A DNA stretch of 64,000 nucleotides from Eledone cirrhosa (GCA_964016885.1 OZ024743.1:107260001-107324000), one strand, 5' to 3'; numbered from the stretch's first letter, positions 13,761 through 33,130 are shown. Made by a program: numbers and translations. The notes: a model not told the origin generated them from the sequence alone.

Positions 13761-15543
13761 ATATAATTATGAAAAATATCACATAATCTTGCTACAAATT
13801 TGTTTGCTCATCATAATGGATGATGTGATATGCTGTATATACGAGCATAAATTAAACTGGTCCGAGATACAAGCAAGGGAAACATTTTCTGGCCCAACAA
13901 CAGCAGAAATATTTGTGGCTATATGGCAACATCAACAGTAACGGAATAATAAAGCAAATTAACACATTTATAAAATGTGATATTAGAGTAATAACAAGTA
14001 GAATGTGAATTCCCATCTAGTGTCATTTAGAAAGACCATTAGCGACTACAGATAGAAAATATCTATATAAGAAGGCCCTAATAAAACAGGATATGATTGG
14101 CGTAATCAACAAGCAGATACCGGGGAACACCTGAACTGACCGATTAAGTAAGGGAACAACTGTAAGAGACATCTTCAGTGTGACAGGAAATAAATTAAAA
14201 AATAAAACAAATAGTTAAAAGGAACAGCGAAGCCGTTCAATGAAAAAGAAAATTTTAATTATCTACCGATTGTCAAATTAAACGACGAAAACCATAATCG
14301 TCGCTCAATGAAACAAAATTAGAAACCAGCAAATGAAAACAAATGAATCTGAGCCAATGTGCATAAACCCAATTTGAATACCTAAAGAAGACATTTATAG
14401 CGCGAATATTCTATCAACATAATATTTTATTTTGTAATGGTATAACGAGAAAATATCTACGGTCACAAATAATCTGATAGAAATAGCAATAAGATTTTAT
14501 TGAGTACACGACAGTCTACATAATTGTAACCTTAGATACATTGTATAACAAATGAAAAAAATAACTTTTCAGTCTTGGTATATACTTTGAGATTAAATTC
14601 ACACCCGATAAGTCCTCATCGGTATTTCATTTTTCTGATGTTAAGACATCGTTGACATGAATATAATTTTAATCAAGTAAGAATTTACCTAAATTCAATT
14701 TGGATTTCGTCAACTGTTTACCTACTTTAAATAAGAATTGAAATCTGCCACATGCTAGGAGCATGTTGATGCTGCTGCGAGAGACCTCTGGTCAAATATC
14801 CCTAATCTGTGGTAGGTGTTTATTGTCCATTGTGATACATCATTTACTCATGTAATTCATGATACCCAGATGTCATTTGAAATAATGCGACTGGTATTTC
14901 TAGTAGATCCATGGGCTGCATATAACCTCCCAGTTTGGCGCATGACATGGTAAGCTCTCTGAATAGTTTAGTAAGATTTGAAGTACTTTCATGGCTTTTT
15001 TCTGTTGTTTTTCTAACCTTTCCTAATGTGCCTGTGTGCGTAAAATAGTGAAAGAGGGAGAGGAGGAGTGCGTGTGTGTTTCAGCGTGTGTATAATTATA
15101 CATATACAGTTATATAGAGGAATACATTCTACAAGTTTCGTAAAATTTACTTTATTTTGTGATTTTCTTTTATATTTTTAGATGTACATAATTTCTATGT
15201 TGTCATTCATTAGGCAGAAATGCGGTTTATCTCAGTTACTTTTTCTCATTGTGTATTTATTAGTCCAATCAATGCTCTTCAACATGATTTTTCTATTTAC
15301 ACAGTGGTCGCTTTATTATTGTTCGTTGTTAGTTTAAGTTCCTTTCCTTTCGTCAGATTTCACCGTCAGTTCTATCATTTTTACTCCACCCTCGACATCA
15401 CGTGACTAGAATGTTGACAGTAGCTTTCTAATTAGTTAACCTTAGAATCAGTCTATTATGTTTATCTTCCAACATTTTACAGCAAATAATCGAGTTCAAT
15501 TCAATTACAAATGGTTTGCTATATATAAATTTGTTTATATTCA

Positions 15544-15579
<36 letters not shown>

Positions 15580-15981
15580 GAAAATGACAATAAAAAAGAA
15601 AAAAATGGCTCGAAAAGCGCTTATGGTGTATATATAAAATGGATCTTTATAACATATGTAAAAAAAAAAATATGCTTTAACAGTTCTGGATCTTCAGTAC
15701 ATTTGTTATTAGATTAAATTTTTTTTTAGTTAAAATATCTGCATGCTGATATCTTCGACAATGGTTTGTGTCGGTCGCTTGTGTGTAAACAAAAAAAAAA
15801 ATATATGTGTTGAAAAGAATGATTATGTTGCAAGTCAGCTCAAACTTTGGTTTGAATATTCTGATAAACATTTTCTCTTTATTAATTCGACCTTGATCTG
15901 TGATTTAATAATTGCATTGGTACAAAGGAAAACCATCGAAGTTTAGTAGAGTTTTGCCAACATACCCTTCTATATGTTTGC

Positions 15982-16290
15982 TTAGAGGGATCTCTGTAGT
16001 AGACGGGTTCTCATTTGCAGCCTATTGATTGACATTTTTTGTCGGGGTGTTAGCTCCATTTGTCCTACATAATGTTCGTGACATCCGCGGCAGATTATGA
16101 CATGAAATAGTTTTTCCGTGTAGCAAGAGTAGGTATTCTTTATTTTAAATATGGATCCATCTTTGAAGTGTACTTCATGGCCTTCCAATAAATAGTTGTA
16201 CATTCCGCAATGAGGTCGGTTGCATATATTCACGTGTAAATGCTAGCCCTAATTACTATTGTCCAATTTATAATTATATTTATATAATTC
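15982..16290 (-). pseudogene. PLE GIY-YIG endonuclease fragment
   Basis: CNRPHCG...YSCYTEKLFHVIICRGCHEHYVGQ, homologous to 10090-10310. Confidence 0.7.
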
Positions 16291-16609
16291 TCCCTTAAAT
16301 CATACATTATCTTCATCTGAATGATGGTATGCCTTTAGTGTTCCTGGCTTTAAAATTTCGATTGTTGTCCTGGTATAGCTTTCATTTGTCTGTCACTTTT
16401 GCATTACTGTTATAGATTACTCGTTTATAATCAATTTCGATATAATGGACATAGATTCACACGGTTATTTTCTACATCGTTTTCGTCTGTCGTCGGTTTC
16501 GAGATATATATTGAGATTGCTTATATTAGGTAACTTGTGCATCTATACGTAAAGTTCTTTTTTTTGTGTCAATATATTGGTTTTGTTATCTATGGATCGT
16601 TGGGAAATA

Positions 16610-16815
16610 CAGGGTGTTTTAAAAAATGTATATGAAGGGTCTTTCTCAAGTTTGTCGCATAAAAATATATATTGCGAATTAGTTGTATAATGTTGAACAT
16701 TTTTGAGGAAAATATATCCTTGCTCAACATTAAACTTGATCAGTCTGGCTCTCCTAGTCTTAGTACTTTCTGGGATATACATCTTAAATGATATCAAATT
16801 GTTTGACACACACTG
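16610..16815. mobile_element. Possible Tc1-type MITE
   Basis: TA-CAGGGTGT ... ACACACTG-TA ends; TIRs short and imperfect. Confidence 0.35.
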
Positions 16816-17171
16816 TATATAATGAACCATATTATCAAGTTTTTTCTTTGCAAACCTTATCGCTATGTTTATTCAGAATCACGGCTTGAGTCAGCTAGTA
16901 TTCCTCGTAAGCCTTAGTTTGTTTGTTTTTTTTAATTGTGTGTGTGGCTTTCATTAAATATTCAAATTCTTCTTTGAAAACTTTCACTTTAACGCTTCAT
17001 TGTAGAGTGATGTTACTCAGTCCAATATGGTTCTGATGTATGTTATCTGGGAGATTATTCGGCTTATACTCCAAGCTATATTCATTATCATTGAAAACGT
17101 GTGGTCCCTTACTACAAACATACATACATACACAAATACACATGCACACATACACACACAAAAATGCATGC

Positions 17172-17211
<40 letters not shown>

Positions 17212-17438
17212 TCGCGCGTTTAGTGGGGTTGAAATGCTTAGAATCTACATAAAATCTTGGATGCCGGCAGACAGCTGCGAACACAACTTAGAAAATCATA
17301 TAGACAGACAACAGTGATCAGTAGCCGCTACATAGAACCCAAACCGATTTTCTAAGCATCTAATTTAGTATAGTGGTTATTGTGTGTGTGTGTGTGTGCG
17401 TGCGTGAGCGTAACACAGTGTAAGTGTTATATATATGA

Positions 17439-17584
<146 letters not shown>

Positions 17585-17693
17585 ATATATATATGTATAC
17601 ATATATATACATATATATATATATATAGGATATATATATATATATACACATATCTATCTATCTGTGTGTCTCTCTCCCTATCTCTTCTCTCTC

Positions 17694-17812
<119 letters not shown>

Positions 17813-18749
17813 TCTTTACGTGTGTGATTCTGCGTATAGTTTACTTTAAAGTCATATATACACAATCACATACGACACTCCATTGAAAAATCAAAAGATA
17901 AACTCTGATTCTTCTCCCTCGTGTGCTCTCCGCACCAACCTATTACACCTTGTCACTCGTATAATTTTCTTCTCCTACTCATTATCCCGACCCTCCCCCA
18001 TTAATGTTTCATTCCTGTCATCATATCCATCACAAAGCAAATTTCTAAAATAAATCGAGACACCTACCACCTGCGACCATATCATGACCTTTCATCTAAC
18101 CATCAAACACAAGGAATTATATTGAATACATAAACTTAAGTCCAAAATAAAAACCATTGTATTTAATACAATTCAACCACTGACTACACATCGTATGTAA
18201 TTTATATTTTGTATTAAAGTGTTTTCATATGTAGAGACGAGAATAATAATTGCTATTCTTTCATGTTTTTTCTTGACATTTTTTCTTTTGTAAAATGGAC
18301 TTAATGCGATCAACAGCCATTCGGAGTAGTTCTTCTAAGCCCGCCGTGTCTTGTCAAATAATAAATGTGTCTGTTTACATAAGAAACCTGTTTATTTATT
18401 AATCAGGCGTTCGTTCAGTTCAACAACAGTTCCCCTAGGAGGTCGTTCAATACACCAGAAATAACATTTTATGTGTTCCTCATGTCCAAATCCATAGGCC
18501 TCAAGAATGGAAGGAATCACATTGGACAATTTATTCTTAGATACGTTGTGGTTAGCATTTTGTGTTTAGCTCCCCACCCCTCTCTCTCTCTCTCTCTCTC
18601 TCGTTACCCATATGTATATATACAAGGTGTGACTATAATATAAATATATACAGATTTATATATATATATTCTTTATTATATCTAGTTACTTTGGAGTTTC
18701 AACCATGTACTAACAAAATCAGCTGACAAGACAGTATTTCGATTGTGTT

Positions 18750-19390
18750 ATGGTCAATCATACACATGCGCGTAAAGGCACAGTTAACGCTGTGGATGCA
18801 TGTTCTCCACGTTGAGGGTTTACTTTTGGCTTCTCCAAAGGGAATTTCCCGAGTTGCCAGTCATATGCCAAGGCCTTCCTCCGTATTGCTCGGCGTTCTT
18901 TTGTCACTGAAATATAGAATCCTTAATAATCAACTGTTGGCTGAATTGATCCGTCTTCTGCGTTGGCGGATACGCCGTGGGCTGGAGAGAGAGTGGATGC
19001 CTGGTGTCGGTCGCTGTACATGTTTGCGGCTCTGCATCTGACATGTAAGCGCACAATTTCCCTTTCGATGTATCCTCTTTTAAATATGTTGTAGCGTGCA
19101 AATTCATGGTGGACGAGAGAATCGCTGCCAGCCGCTTTGCGGTAGAAATCGGATTTGAGCTTGCCGCTTTATGTGAAATCCTGTCTGAAGTCGAAAAGGG
19201 CAAACGATCCGCAGTCAGATGGATGGTATATACTAAAGCTGATGATTCCGCCTGCGTTGGTATTCTCGCGGTAAGATGTGAGGATGAAGGAATCATCCAC
19301 ATATTTAATAAAGAATGCACTCAGCGTTCGAATCGGTTCATCTTTGAGATGGCCTTGTAAGCCCATCAAGCTGGATCTCATGTGAAACCC
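18750..19390 (-). pseudogene. Decayed PLE RT fragment
   Basis: FFIKYVDDSFILT catalytic motif, then DFYRKAA..VH in another frame. Confidence 0.6.
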
Positions 19391-19431
19391 TGAAAGTTGC
19401 CAAGAAAGCTGAAATATATATCTGTGTGTGT

Positions 19432-20856
<1,425 letters not shown>

Positions 20857-21142
20857 ATATATATACATAAATACATACAGATATATATAAACACATATAC
20901 ACAATAAATAGCTGAATACATACAGATGAAACTCTGAAGTGTATATAAACAAATCCCAGGACCTCTGTCAACAGAGTAGGTGTGTTTTGGGAAACAAACT
21001 CCTATGTCTGATGAGATGACGAAAAACATTTAGGTCCCCTCATCTTGATTGCATCCTGAGTCGTTCGATATCAGAACAATCGTATATGACAATAAAATCT
21101 GTGCGTATGCTGCAACACTGACTTCGATTCTTCTTAATCTCT

Positions 21143-21174
<32 letters not shown>

Positions 21175-22171
21175 ATCTATCTATCTCTTATATATATATA
21201 TATATGTGTGTGTGTGTATATACATACACACACAACCGAAATTCATGAGATATGACCGGAGGTAAACCGTACATATCTATTCAATCTACCAACCAGCCAA
21301 ACAGGCTACCACCTTACTAACCAGCTAACCAATCTGTCTACCAACGGTGCCACGCCCCCACTTAAGACCATCTGGCAAGAATTGTTCCAAGGATTTCCTT
21401 AAATATTGTTAATTCTTTTTTTTTTTCTTCTTCTAAAACTAAAACCAACTAATACTATTCTTTGTCGTATTTTTGTACTGTTTTATTTCCCGTGATTTTC
21501 ACTTCTTTTTTTATTCATTTTTTATTCCAGCACTTGAAGTTTTCAATTCTATTCACTTTTCTACTTTGAAAAAGTTTTTTATTTTTTTTTATTTTACATT
21601 TATTTGTTGTTTTCTTCCTCCGCTCTCTATTTTCATTTTGCTTTCTTTATTCAATTGTGTATGTTTTATGGTTTTTTTCTTTTTTCTACATTTGGTCTTG
21701 ATGTTTTTTTCTCATATTGAAGAATGCTTAATAAGTTTTTCCCTTTTCGTCTACTTAGTTACAGTCATTAGAATGTGGTTAAATGATTCTTTTCCAGTCC
21801 TGTCGCAGGTTATTTTGGCCAAGTATCTTCTACTACAGCCTAGGATTGTCTAATGCTTTATGACTAGAAATATTTATTTAGAAACTATTTTCTAGCAGAT
21901 CTCCTTAGTGCGATGTGAAATTGCACATAGGGAACTTCCAGTTAAACTACGTTTTTAATAACAAATAGTTTTATATTTTGATAAGATTCAAGTAAGATGA
22001 AAACCAAATGCAAATTATGAACAATTTTATCATTATACTTTTAACCAAAAGATAAACAATTTTTTAACGCTCCTGACAGCAACACTTTACATATATATCA
22101 TTCTGTACAATACGATTGTCACACGCAAACACACCCATATATACACGATATATATATGTGTGTGTGTGTGT

Positions 22172-22525
22172 ATACGAGGGCAGTCCCAAAAGTAATGTCT
22201 CCTTCCGATATTGCAACTTTTCCGTTAAAAACCTGTGGATGGTGCTTCGGGAAACCTCAGGAACCAAAAGGCAGAGAGCATACAGAGTGATCCGCCGATC
22301 TTTATGCATTTTTTCCTCGGAAGGAGACCTTACTTTTGGGATTTCCCTCGAAATTCGCACATGGCGGTAGCGTTCAACGGGAGCTCCATTCTCAACGGCT
22401 GCCAAGCCAAGATTGAGCATCCCAGCGAAGCGCGCGCATGCTTGTTTGGGAGTGAAGGAAGCACCAATCACAACAGTGTTGCCAACAGTTTCTCTGCGTC
22501 CCCCACGCTTTGGAGAACTTACATA
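22172..22525 (-). mobile_element. Internally deleted mariner relic
   Basis: TACGAGGG.. terminus; HTH remnant DRRITL..VSRSTIHRFLTEKLQYRK. Confidence 0.65.
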
Positions 22526-22779
22526 TATCGTGTGTATAATTTATAATTTAGCAGAGCAATATATTCATAGATGGATTAGCTTTCAGGTGAGACACATTTA
22601 TCGTCTGCATTGTTTGAAATGGTTCATTTTTCTATTTGATTAGTTCTAACAGTTTGCGGCCAGAGAACATTTTAGTGCAAGTGAATTTCATCTCAATTGA
22701 TATAGATAAATTTGATAGATTTATAGCACCTGAATTTTGTGTTAAGTGTAAATTGACTCCTATTTGAATATGTCGCTAA

Positions 22780-24930
22780 ACTATTTTCTCCTGTCGATTA
22801 GAGTTGACGATTCGTTAGAAACACGGACAAATATGCTGGCTCTTTACGTTTTGAATTCAAATCTCACCGTTGTCAATTTGCATTTAACGCTTCCAGGATA
22901 TAAAGAAATCGTCAAGTATACATGTATGTATGTACGTATGTATGTATGGTGGGTTGAATATAACTCATCGTTTGGGCAACATTGTAATATCGGTGTGTCT
23001 TGGGCATATTAAACCTAAGGAGCCCTTTACTCTCCATGGTTTGAAAAGAGATGATCACTTCTTGGCAAGAATAAGGAGAGAAAGGAAATGAGAAAAAGAT
23101 TTTTAAGAAAAATTGAATACAGTGCCTGACTGGCAACATTTTTGTCGGACTCAAAAGGATGATAGGTAAAGTTGACCTCGGCGGAATATGAACTCAGGAG
23201 AGACAGAGCTGGGACGAATACTGCAAACTTTCTACCAACGGTTCTAACAACTCTGCCAATTCGTCATATAATTGTTAAATACACGAGTCGATATAATCGA
23301 CATTCTCCTCTCCACTCTAAACTGCTGGTCATGTTCCGAAATTAGAAACTATTATTTCAGTACTTCGCTATTTCTATTTCTATCTCTTTCATTGTTAAAC
23401 CTGTATGTTACCAGATTTATCATTAAATACACATCCAATGCGTTTCAATTTATTTTGATTATAATGAAGATTTTGATCGAAATTATTAATATAGATTAAC
23501 TATATCATTATTAAATTAATATCTGGAACATAATTTAAAGAAACAATTCTTACATAAAATGATATCAGCTTTAAGTTTAAATGGGAATTCAAAATTACAT
23601 ATTGGTGAAATGAAGCCAATATCTTTAATCCCTAAATTATAGAATAAAGGCTGAACATTTCCTGCATGTATATGTTTGATATATAAGAAGCAACATACGG
23701 ATAGGTAACGGTCCCAACAACAAAGACAACGGCAAAAACAACGGCAGCAGCAGAAGAGACAACAACAAATATATCACCAATTCTACAACAGAAAAACAAT
23801 TAACAATAACTAAATACTTGTTCATGTGATTAATTATTTTTACATATATTTCATTACTGCACTCGGGCTTGATGAACACAACCACAATGATATGGTCCGA
23901 ACGTGGAAGAGCCGAACTCCCAATGTCATGGCCTCCATCTCTATTGCCATCCCCACCTCTCTGTATGGTGAGCAAATGTGGTCCCACGTGCTGGCCTCCC
24001 GGCGGACAGAATGGAGAAGGTATTTTCCTGGAGGATGGTAACGGAGATGCGCAGGAACTCGCGAGGCACACACCTGCGGCTGGCCAGCTCAGCGTCTATG
24101 GTGGGGAGTAGCGCGGTAGCCCTAGGGCCAAGGACACCAGAAGTATCCAATGCCAAGGGCGCGGCCGCGACCCTGTCGGAGAACGACCGGTACTTGGAAA
24201 GATGATATAATAATTTCAAGAGATGTATATTCTTCTTACATATCAAAGTGAATAGTAAAACTATTGTGTCTATTTGAAGGAAAGTGAAAATAGAGCAATA
24301 CGTTACGGGTACTTTAATTCATCGACGCCGTAAGGATGAAAGGTAAAGCTAACCAAGGCGGGATTTGAACTCTATGCCGAGTCATTAGTAAAATAATGTT
24401 TTCTCATTCAGGCACAAGGCCAGCAATTTTGAGTGGAGGGAAAATCGATTAAATCGAACCCAGTGCGTGAATGGTACTTTATATTATCGATATCATAACG
24501 ATGAAAAGTAAAACTATCCACGGCGGCATTTAAACTGAATGTAAAGGGCCTTAACTCTATGCCCAGTTAAAATAATGATACAAAATAAAGATGGAGAAAA
24601 GAAAGTGAAACAGGATTTCGGTATTATTAGGCCGCAGAACATATTTAGATATATAGGTAAATACACTTAGTCAGTCAGAAGATTTATGACTACTGCTTTG
24701 CTAAAATCCTGGATTATATATATATATATAATCCAGGAAGGGCGATGGATTGGCAGTCTCGGTAGAAGGTCGGACGCCATGTTTTGCAGCAAAGAGTTAC
24801 GGCCCTTTATGGTCGAGTTCAAATGCCGCGTAGATTAAATTTGCCTTTCTTCCGTAAGGGGTCGATAAAATAATGTACCTGTAATACACTAACATATTTG
24901 CTGGCCTTGTGCCAAAAGTAGAAACAATTA
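22780..24930. mobile_element. Scattered tRNA-SINE copies (~22780-22890 +, ~23120-23265 -, ~24300-24570 -, 24741-24930 +)
   Basis: A/B boxes and the GTCGATAAAATAA.GTACC core. Confidence 0.7.
23990..24205 (-). pseudogene. 3' fragment of a CRE-clade RLE retrotransposon
   Basis: KYRSFSDR..APLALDTSGVLGPRA..LL..I....REFLRISVTILQENTFSIL matches the CRE RLE pattern KY..P.A.ET.G..GP...QR.S.A.QRGNA. Confidence 0.65.
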
Positions 24931-24998
24931 TATGTATAATTATAAACACATGCTTATATACACACACACGTAAACACGCACACTCACACATACACCCA

Positions 24999-25077
<79 letters not shown>

Positions 25078-25410
25078 GTATATATATAAGAGAAATTACT
25101 ACTTCAGGATTGGAGGATTTTTGTCTAAACTCATCAGGCCAATCCTCAGGTTTTCATACAAATTATACGGTTCCAGTCCTCTAGTATTCATTTCAATATA
25201 AAATAAATATACTATAACCCTATGAACATATAGAGTACCTTAATTAACTGCGGTTTCTTTGCAATTCCCTTCAGGATGGAAATCCCTCATTATATATATT
25301 TATATATATATGATTATATTAATAATAAATAGAGATAGAGAAAAAAATAAATATGTTTAAAAACCGTGCATCTAAAACAAACAAGAGATATTCGCAGACG
25401 CACACACACA

Positions 25411-25552
<142 letters not shown>

Positions 25553-25593
25553 CATATTTACATACACGTACATAAATTTATGAATATATATAT

Positions 25594-25636
<43 letters not shown>

Positions 25637-25651
25637 TATATAATATATATA

Positions 25652-25701
<50 letters not shown>

Positions 25702-26124
25702 GAATGTATGTACGTGTATGTAAATATGTAGATATGTATATATATATATACATATATGTGTGTTTGTGTGTTTGGCTGTGTGTATGTGTGCGCGCGTGTA
25801 TGTGTTTGTGTGTTTGTGTGTTTGAATATATCCACAAAAAGAGAAGATAATGAAGGGAGGCGAAAAAATATTTCAAAAGGCAAAGCAGAAAAATAATGTT
25901 GTATTGAAGCAAAGGTTGTTGTGGAGTTGATAATTTCATTATGTGTGCTATTCCTCTTAGTGTAATTGCTTCTAAAAACACACCTGCTGTATACTCGAAG
26001 CGATTGTTTGCATCGGTTAGTGTCAAACGCCTAACGCTGCGATCATATTCACAATTAGACATTTTGGCCTATGTTCGCAAATACAAACATATATATACAC
26101 AAACACTCGTGACCAAATGCACAC

Positions 26125-26231
<107 letters not shown>

Positions 26232-26832
26232 AACACACACACACACACACACATGCACACACACATTGGAAATTGTCCTACTTAACGCTGTTGTGGGTTT
26301 GAAAAGATATAACATTTATATATCTTCAACCTATCGTTAAGTTTCATGTAAGGTTCTCATTTGTCAGACTAGGTGTATGGCTACATCTAGAAAATTTACA
26401 ATGAGCAGATTAGCGTCTTTAATGATTGGTCAGCTGAACGATTTACAGGTTTCAATGATATCATTTCTTAATCTACTTTTTGTATATCCATTCGTATATC
26501 CATTCGTATTCCTAGCTATTGCAAGCGAGTGGTCTCTGTATAGAGCGAATATGAAGAAGGGTAAGCCAAACAAATAGCATGTTCCTGCTACGACTAATGA
26601 GTACAAGCTAACGCTGAAAGATGAGCAAGGGACTTCATTTTACGTTGCTCCCGTTTTATCAGCTGTAGAAATGGGTTGCGAAGTCACTGGTGCGTTGCCC
26701 TTAGACTTTCCCCTGGACAACATCGGTGATGTGGAGAGGGGAGACTGATATTCATGGATGACTGCTGGTCTTCCGTAAACAACCTTACCCGACAAAACAG
26801 AGGTACAGAAAGTCTTATTAGTTTCACGGTTT

Positions 26833-27170
26833 ATATGGAAAAGGGGAAAGAAAGTTCGACGTATCGGGATTTAGACCTTCTTCGGGAGTACAAAAAAAGA
26901 GAGAGAAGGTCGCGGGCGATAAGTGCAGAGAAGAGCAGCTGGACAGAAATCCAAATATTTGAACAGAGTGGGTAATCGGCTGGCTAAACAGGAAGATAAA
27001 GTAGAGCAGTTAGATGTTTGAACTATAAGGATTGCCGGGTAAACGTGGAAAGTATAGTTCAACAGAGGTAAAAATATCATAGTATTTTTACGCTCTATAT
27101 GGAAAAGCGGTTGAAAGTTCGACGTGTCAGGCTTTAGCCCTTCCTCGGGAGTACAAAAATTTAGAGAAGA
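26833..27170 (-). repeat. Two diverged ~70-bp direct repeats ~265 bp apart with degenerate hammerhead cores
   Basis: Minus strand reads CTCCCGAAGAAGGTCTAAATCCCGATACGTCG and CTCCCGAGGAAGGGCTAAAGCCTGACACGTCG. Confidence 0.5.
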
Positions 27171-28024
27171 ATGTTGTGTTTAGTGCAGAGAAGAGCTGTT
27201 CAATAAAAGATACAAATATATATGCAAATGTAAACGATATTAAACAATCTGTCCAGATATCTAGTTGATAAACTACTAGTATTATGTACATATATATAGG
27301 ACGACTAATAATATATGCACTCACCTAAAGAGAGAATAAAGCCAACAATGCCCAAGTCTCACTTGTGCGGCCGTTTCAGAAAAATTCTAGATTCTTCGCA
27401 CACACACAGACACACACACACATATATGTATATATAAGTATATCTGTGTGTGTGTGTGTGTGTGTGTGTTAGTGTGCGTGTCACGAAATTGCACGCCAGA
27501 GGTTCCCTGATGTGGTAGAGTTGCAGTTGTATGTTTACAAAACACGAACACCTTGGTATACGTTTCCTTCTTTCAATTCAATACGCATGTTTCCTCTTAA
27601 AACATTATTTTGTTATTTCCTTTTACCATAGCTTTATCAGTATATAGATAAATTCGCTAGACCATAACTCGTACTAGTAATGACCAGCTGTCATATTAAA
27701 AAAGTAAAACATTATGAATACCTGACAGTAGTGTCTTTGTTGGGACTTAGTAGACCAAGACATGCAAATAGATTTATGTAAGTAGAATAAATGTCCTCTG
27801 AGAAGGCGCGGCATTGTGGAAGTTCGAAATTATATTTTTACCAAAGCCCCCCCCCCCCCCCCAAAAAAAAACAACAACAAAGATATTAGGTAAAATTTAC
27901 TAACAATTCAAACGTATCTATCTATATGTGAATGTATGTATGTATCTATCTTTTTATCTATTTCTCTCTCTCTATATATATATATATCTATATCTATATA
28001 TATATCTATCTATCTATCTATCTA

Positions 28025-28089
<65 letters not shown>

Positions 28090-28090
28090 A

Positions 28091-28162
<72 letters not shown>

Positions 28163-28440
28163 TATAATTGAATATAAAAGAGAGATAATATACGGCTCGG
28201 AGAAATCTCTTTCCTAGAGATATTTCATTGTTGGAGATAATTTTGTGTTTCTAACTCCATATATACCTATGATATTTTTTCGGCTTCTTTAGTTTGTCGA
28301 GCTAATTTAAATGTCAAGAAAACTTGGCTGCTATTTTTAGTGGTGTGAGTTTGTGAGACACGCTAAGTTCTGATACAATGTGCGTTATTATATATAGCAC
28401 ACACTATTCAGTTTTCTGATATACTTGGAAGTGAGGAGCT

Positions 28441-28537
28441 TACTAATTTATCACCCACTGATGAGCAAGAATTTGCAATCCACTTCACAATTGATTTGCG
28501 AAACAGCATCGCCAAACGCTGTCTGGGTGATTGGTAG
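28441..28537 (+). ncRNA. Complete type I hammerhead ribozyme, GUC site (predicted cleavage after 28523)
   Basis: Stem I ATCACCCA/TGGGTGAT, CTGATGA, stem II GCAA/TTGC, GAAA, stem III CAGC/GCTG, GTC. Confidence 0.85.
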
Positions 28538-28790
28538 TTACCACAATTCCGGTTTGTATTTAATTTCTTGATTTATTCTTAAATTGTGTCTGGCAAACCC
28601 TATTGTCCATAGTTAGTATTTGTTTTCACCCTAGCGAATCTGGACCCTTACGATTTGAACACATATATGTATATATCTGTGTTTATCTCTCTTTTATATT
28701 CAATTATAATATACGGCTCGGAAAAATCCGTTTCCTAGAGCTATTTTATTGTGAGAGACTATTTTGAGTTTCTAATTCAATATATACATT

Positions 28791-28860
<70 letters not shown>

Positions 28861-29019
28861 ATGAAAAAGGAAGTTAGCTTCTATACAAAATAGTGGTTAT
28901 AGACAGAAAGGGAAATTGGCAATAGCACTGAAAACATGTTTAAGGGTCTGTTTTTTTTTTTTCTATTTTTTCCTTTCTTTGATTCGTCAAAGTGATATTC
29001 TTAAAAAAATGAGAGGGAC

Positions 29020-29385
29020 AATTCTTCTATGAAGCTGTGGTCACTTCCAACCAACCAAACCAACCACAGGAGGTCAAATCCTATGTGGGTATGGCGGAGG
29101 GCCAATTTAAGGAACGCTTCTTCCTGAACCACATTTAGATACCCGGATAGATGTTCATTCACGAAACTCGCGAGCCACGTATGTTCTCTCAAGGACTCAA
29201 GTATAGACTACTCCATTCAATGGAAAGCCATCACTAAGTCCAAGACATACGCAAGGGGCAATCCGACGTGTGGACTATGTATTGATGAACGAATAAATAT
29301 TCTAAAGAGATTACGCAATAGTGATTGCCTAAAATCACGTTTTGAATTATTTACACGTTGTCCACACGTCTGGAAACACTTCTAA
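29020..29385 (+). pseudogene. GIY-YIG endonuclease relic of a Naiad-like PLE
   Basis: FYEAVV..YVGMAEGQFKERF, frameshift, TKLASHV..LK..YSIQW..Y..CGLCIDE..I..LKSRFELFTRCPH. Confidence 0.7.
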
Positions 29386-29588
29386 CATAACTAGAAAGCT
29401 CCGGATTGAATTACAACATCCTAATTTTCTTATCAACTAGAAACTGTGTATAATGGTAGTTATGGTGCTTCCATAGGCGGTATGCAAAAATTAGCACTCA
29501 ATATTCTTACAGAGTAGAGTGTGCATGGTATAAAAAAAAAATCAATAAACTGAGTCCAGATGGATCACTGATTTTTCGTTTTTTATAC

Positions 29589-29660
<72 letters not shown>

Positions 29661-29854
29661 CACTAGTTTCAGTCAGACACTGCGGCCTTATGGGACGGAA
29701 CCCCGATTTAATCGATAATATCGATCATATTTCTTCCATATGTATAAATATTTTATTGATTAGATATATTTATTGAACTTTTAATTCACGGTACAGAATG
29801 AAGCAATAACTTTTATACATACTTATTCACTAACAAACTTATATATACACACAC

Positions 29855-29927
<73 letters not shown>

Positions 29928-30006
29928 TATATATTTATATATACATATATACACGCATGTATATATATATATGAGTGTGTGTGTATGTATGTATATATAT
30001 GTGTGT

Positions 30007-30096
<90 letters not shown>

Positions 30097-30405
30097 TATA
30101 TAAATAAAGTTTTAGAGACATCGTAAAAGTGAGATACACAGATTTGTTGGGGAGATAAATTATATGTGGGCGAATAAATTGGTGACAGTATGAGCATGTC
30201 AACAGTTTGTCATTCTCATACGCCGAGGAAATTCAGGAAATACTTCAGATCTAATGAAGTTTGACTAAGATGTTAAGCGAAATTATAGGAAAAGGCGTAT
30301 ACCATAAATTTTTCACTATAGAATTCTATTGTCAAATTATGTTCGAGATTAACTCAGATATGACTGGATAGATATGCAACTTTACATATACACACACATA
30401 TATAT

Positions 30406-30460
<55 letters not shown>

Positions 30461-30626
30461 TGTGTGTGTGTATAAATATGTATATGGATGTGTGTATGTA
30501 TATATATATATATACATATGCAGGTATGTGTGTAATATGTACATGTATGTGTGTATGTATATATATATATATATATATATGCAGGTGTGTGTGTAAGTAT
30601 GTACATATATGTGTGTATGTATGTAT

Positions 30627-33130
<2,504 letters not shown>

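Noticed and set aside
14700-15000. Possible Gypsy integrase relic (GYMQP..IP..FQ on the minus strand)
   Set aside because: Single weak motif, no LTR or other domains
23826-24246. GC-rich multi-frame ORFs as a host gene exon
   Set aside because: The minus frame fits a CRE-type RLE C-terminus
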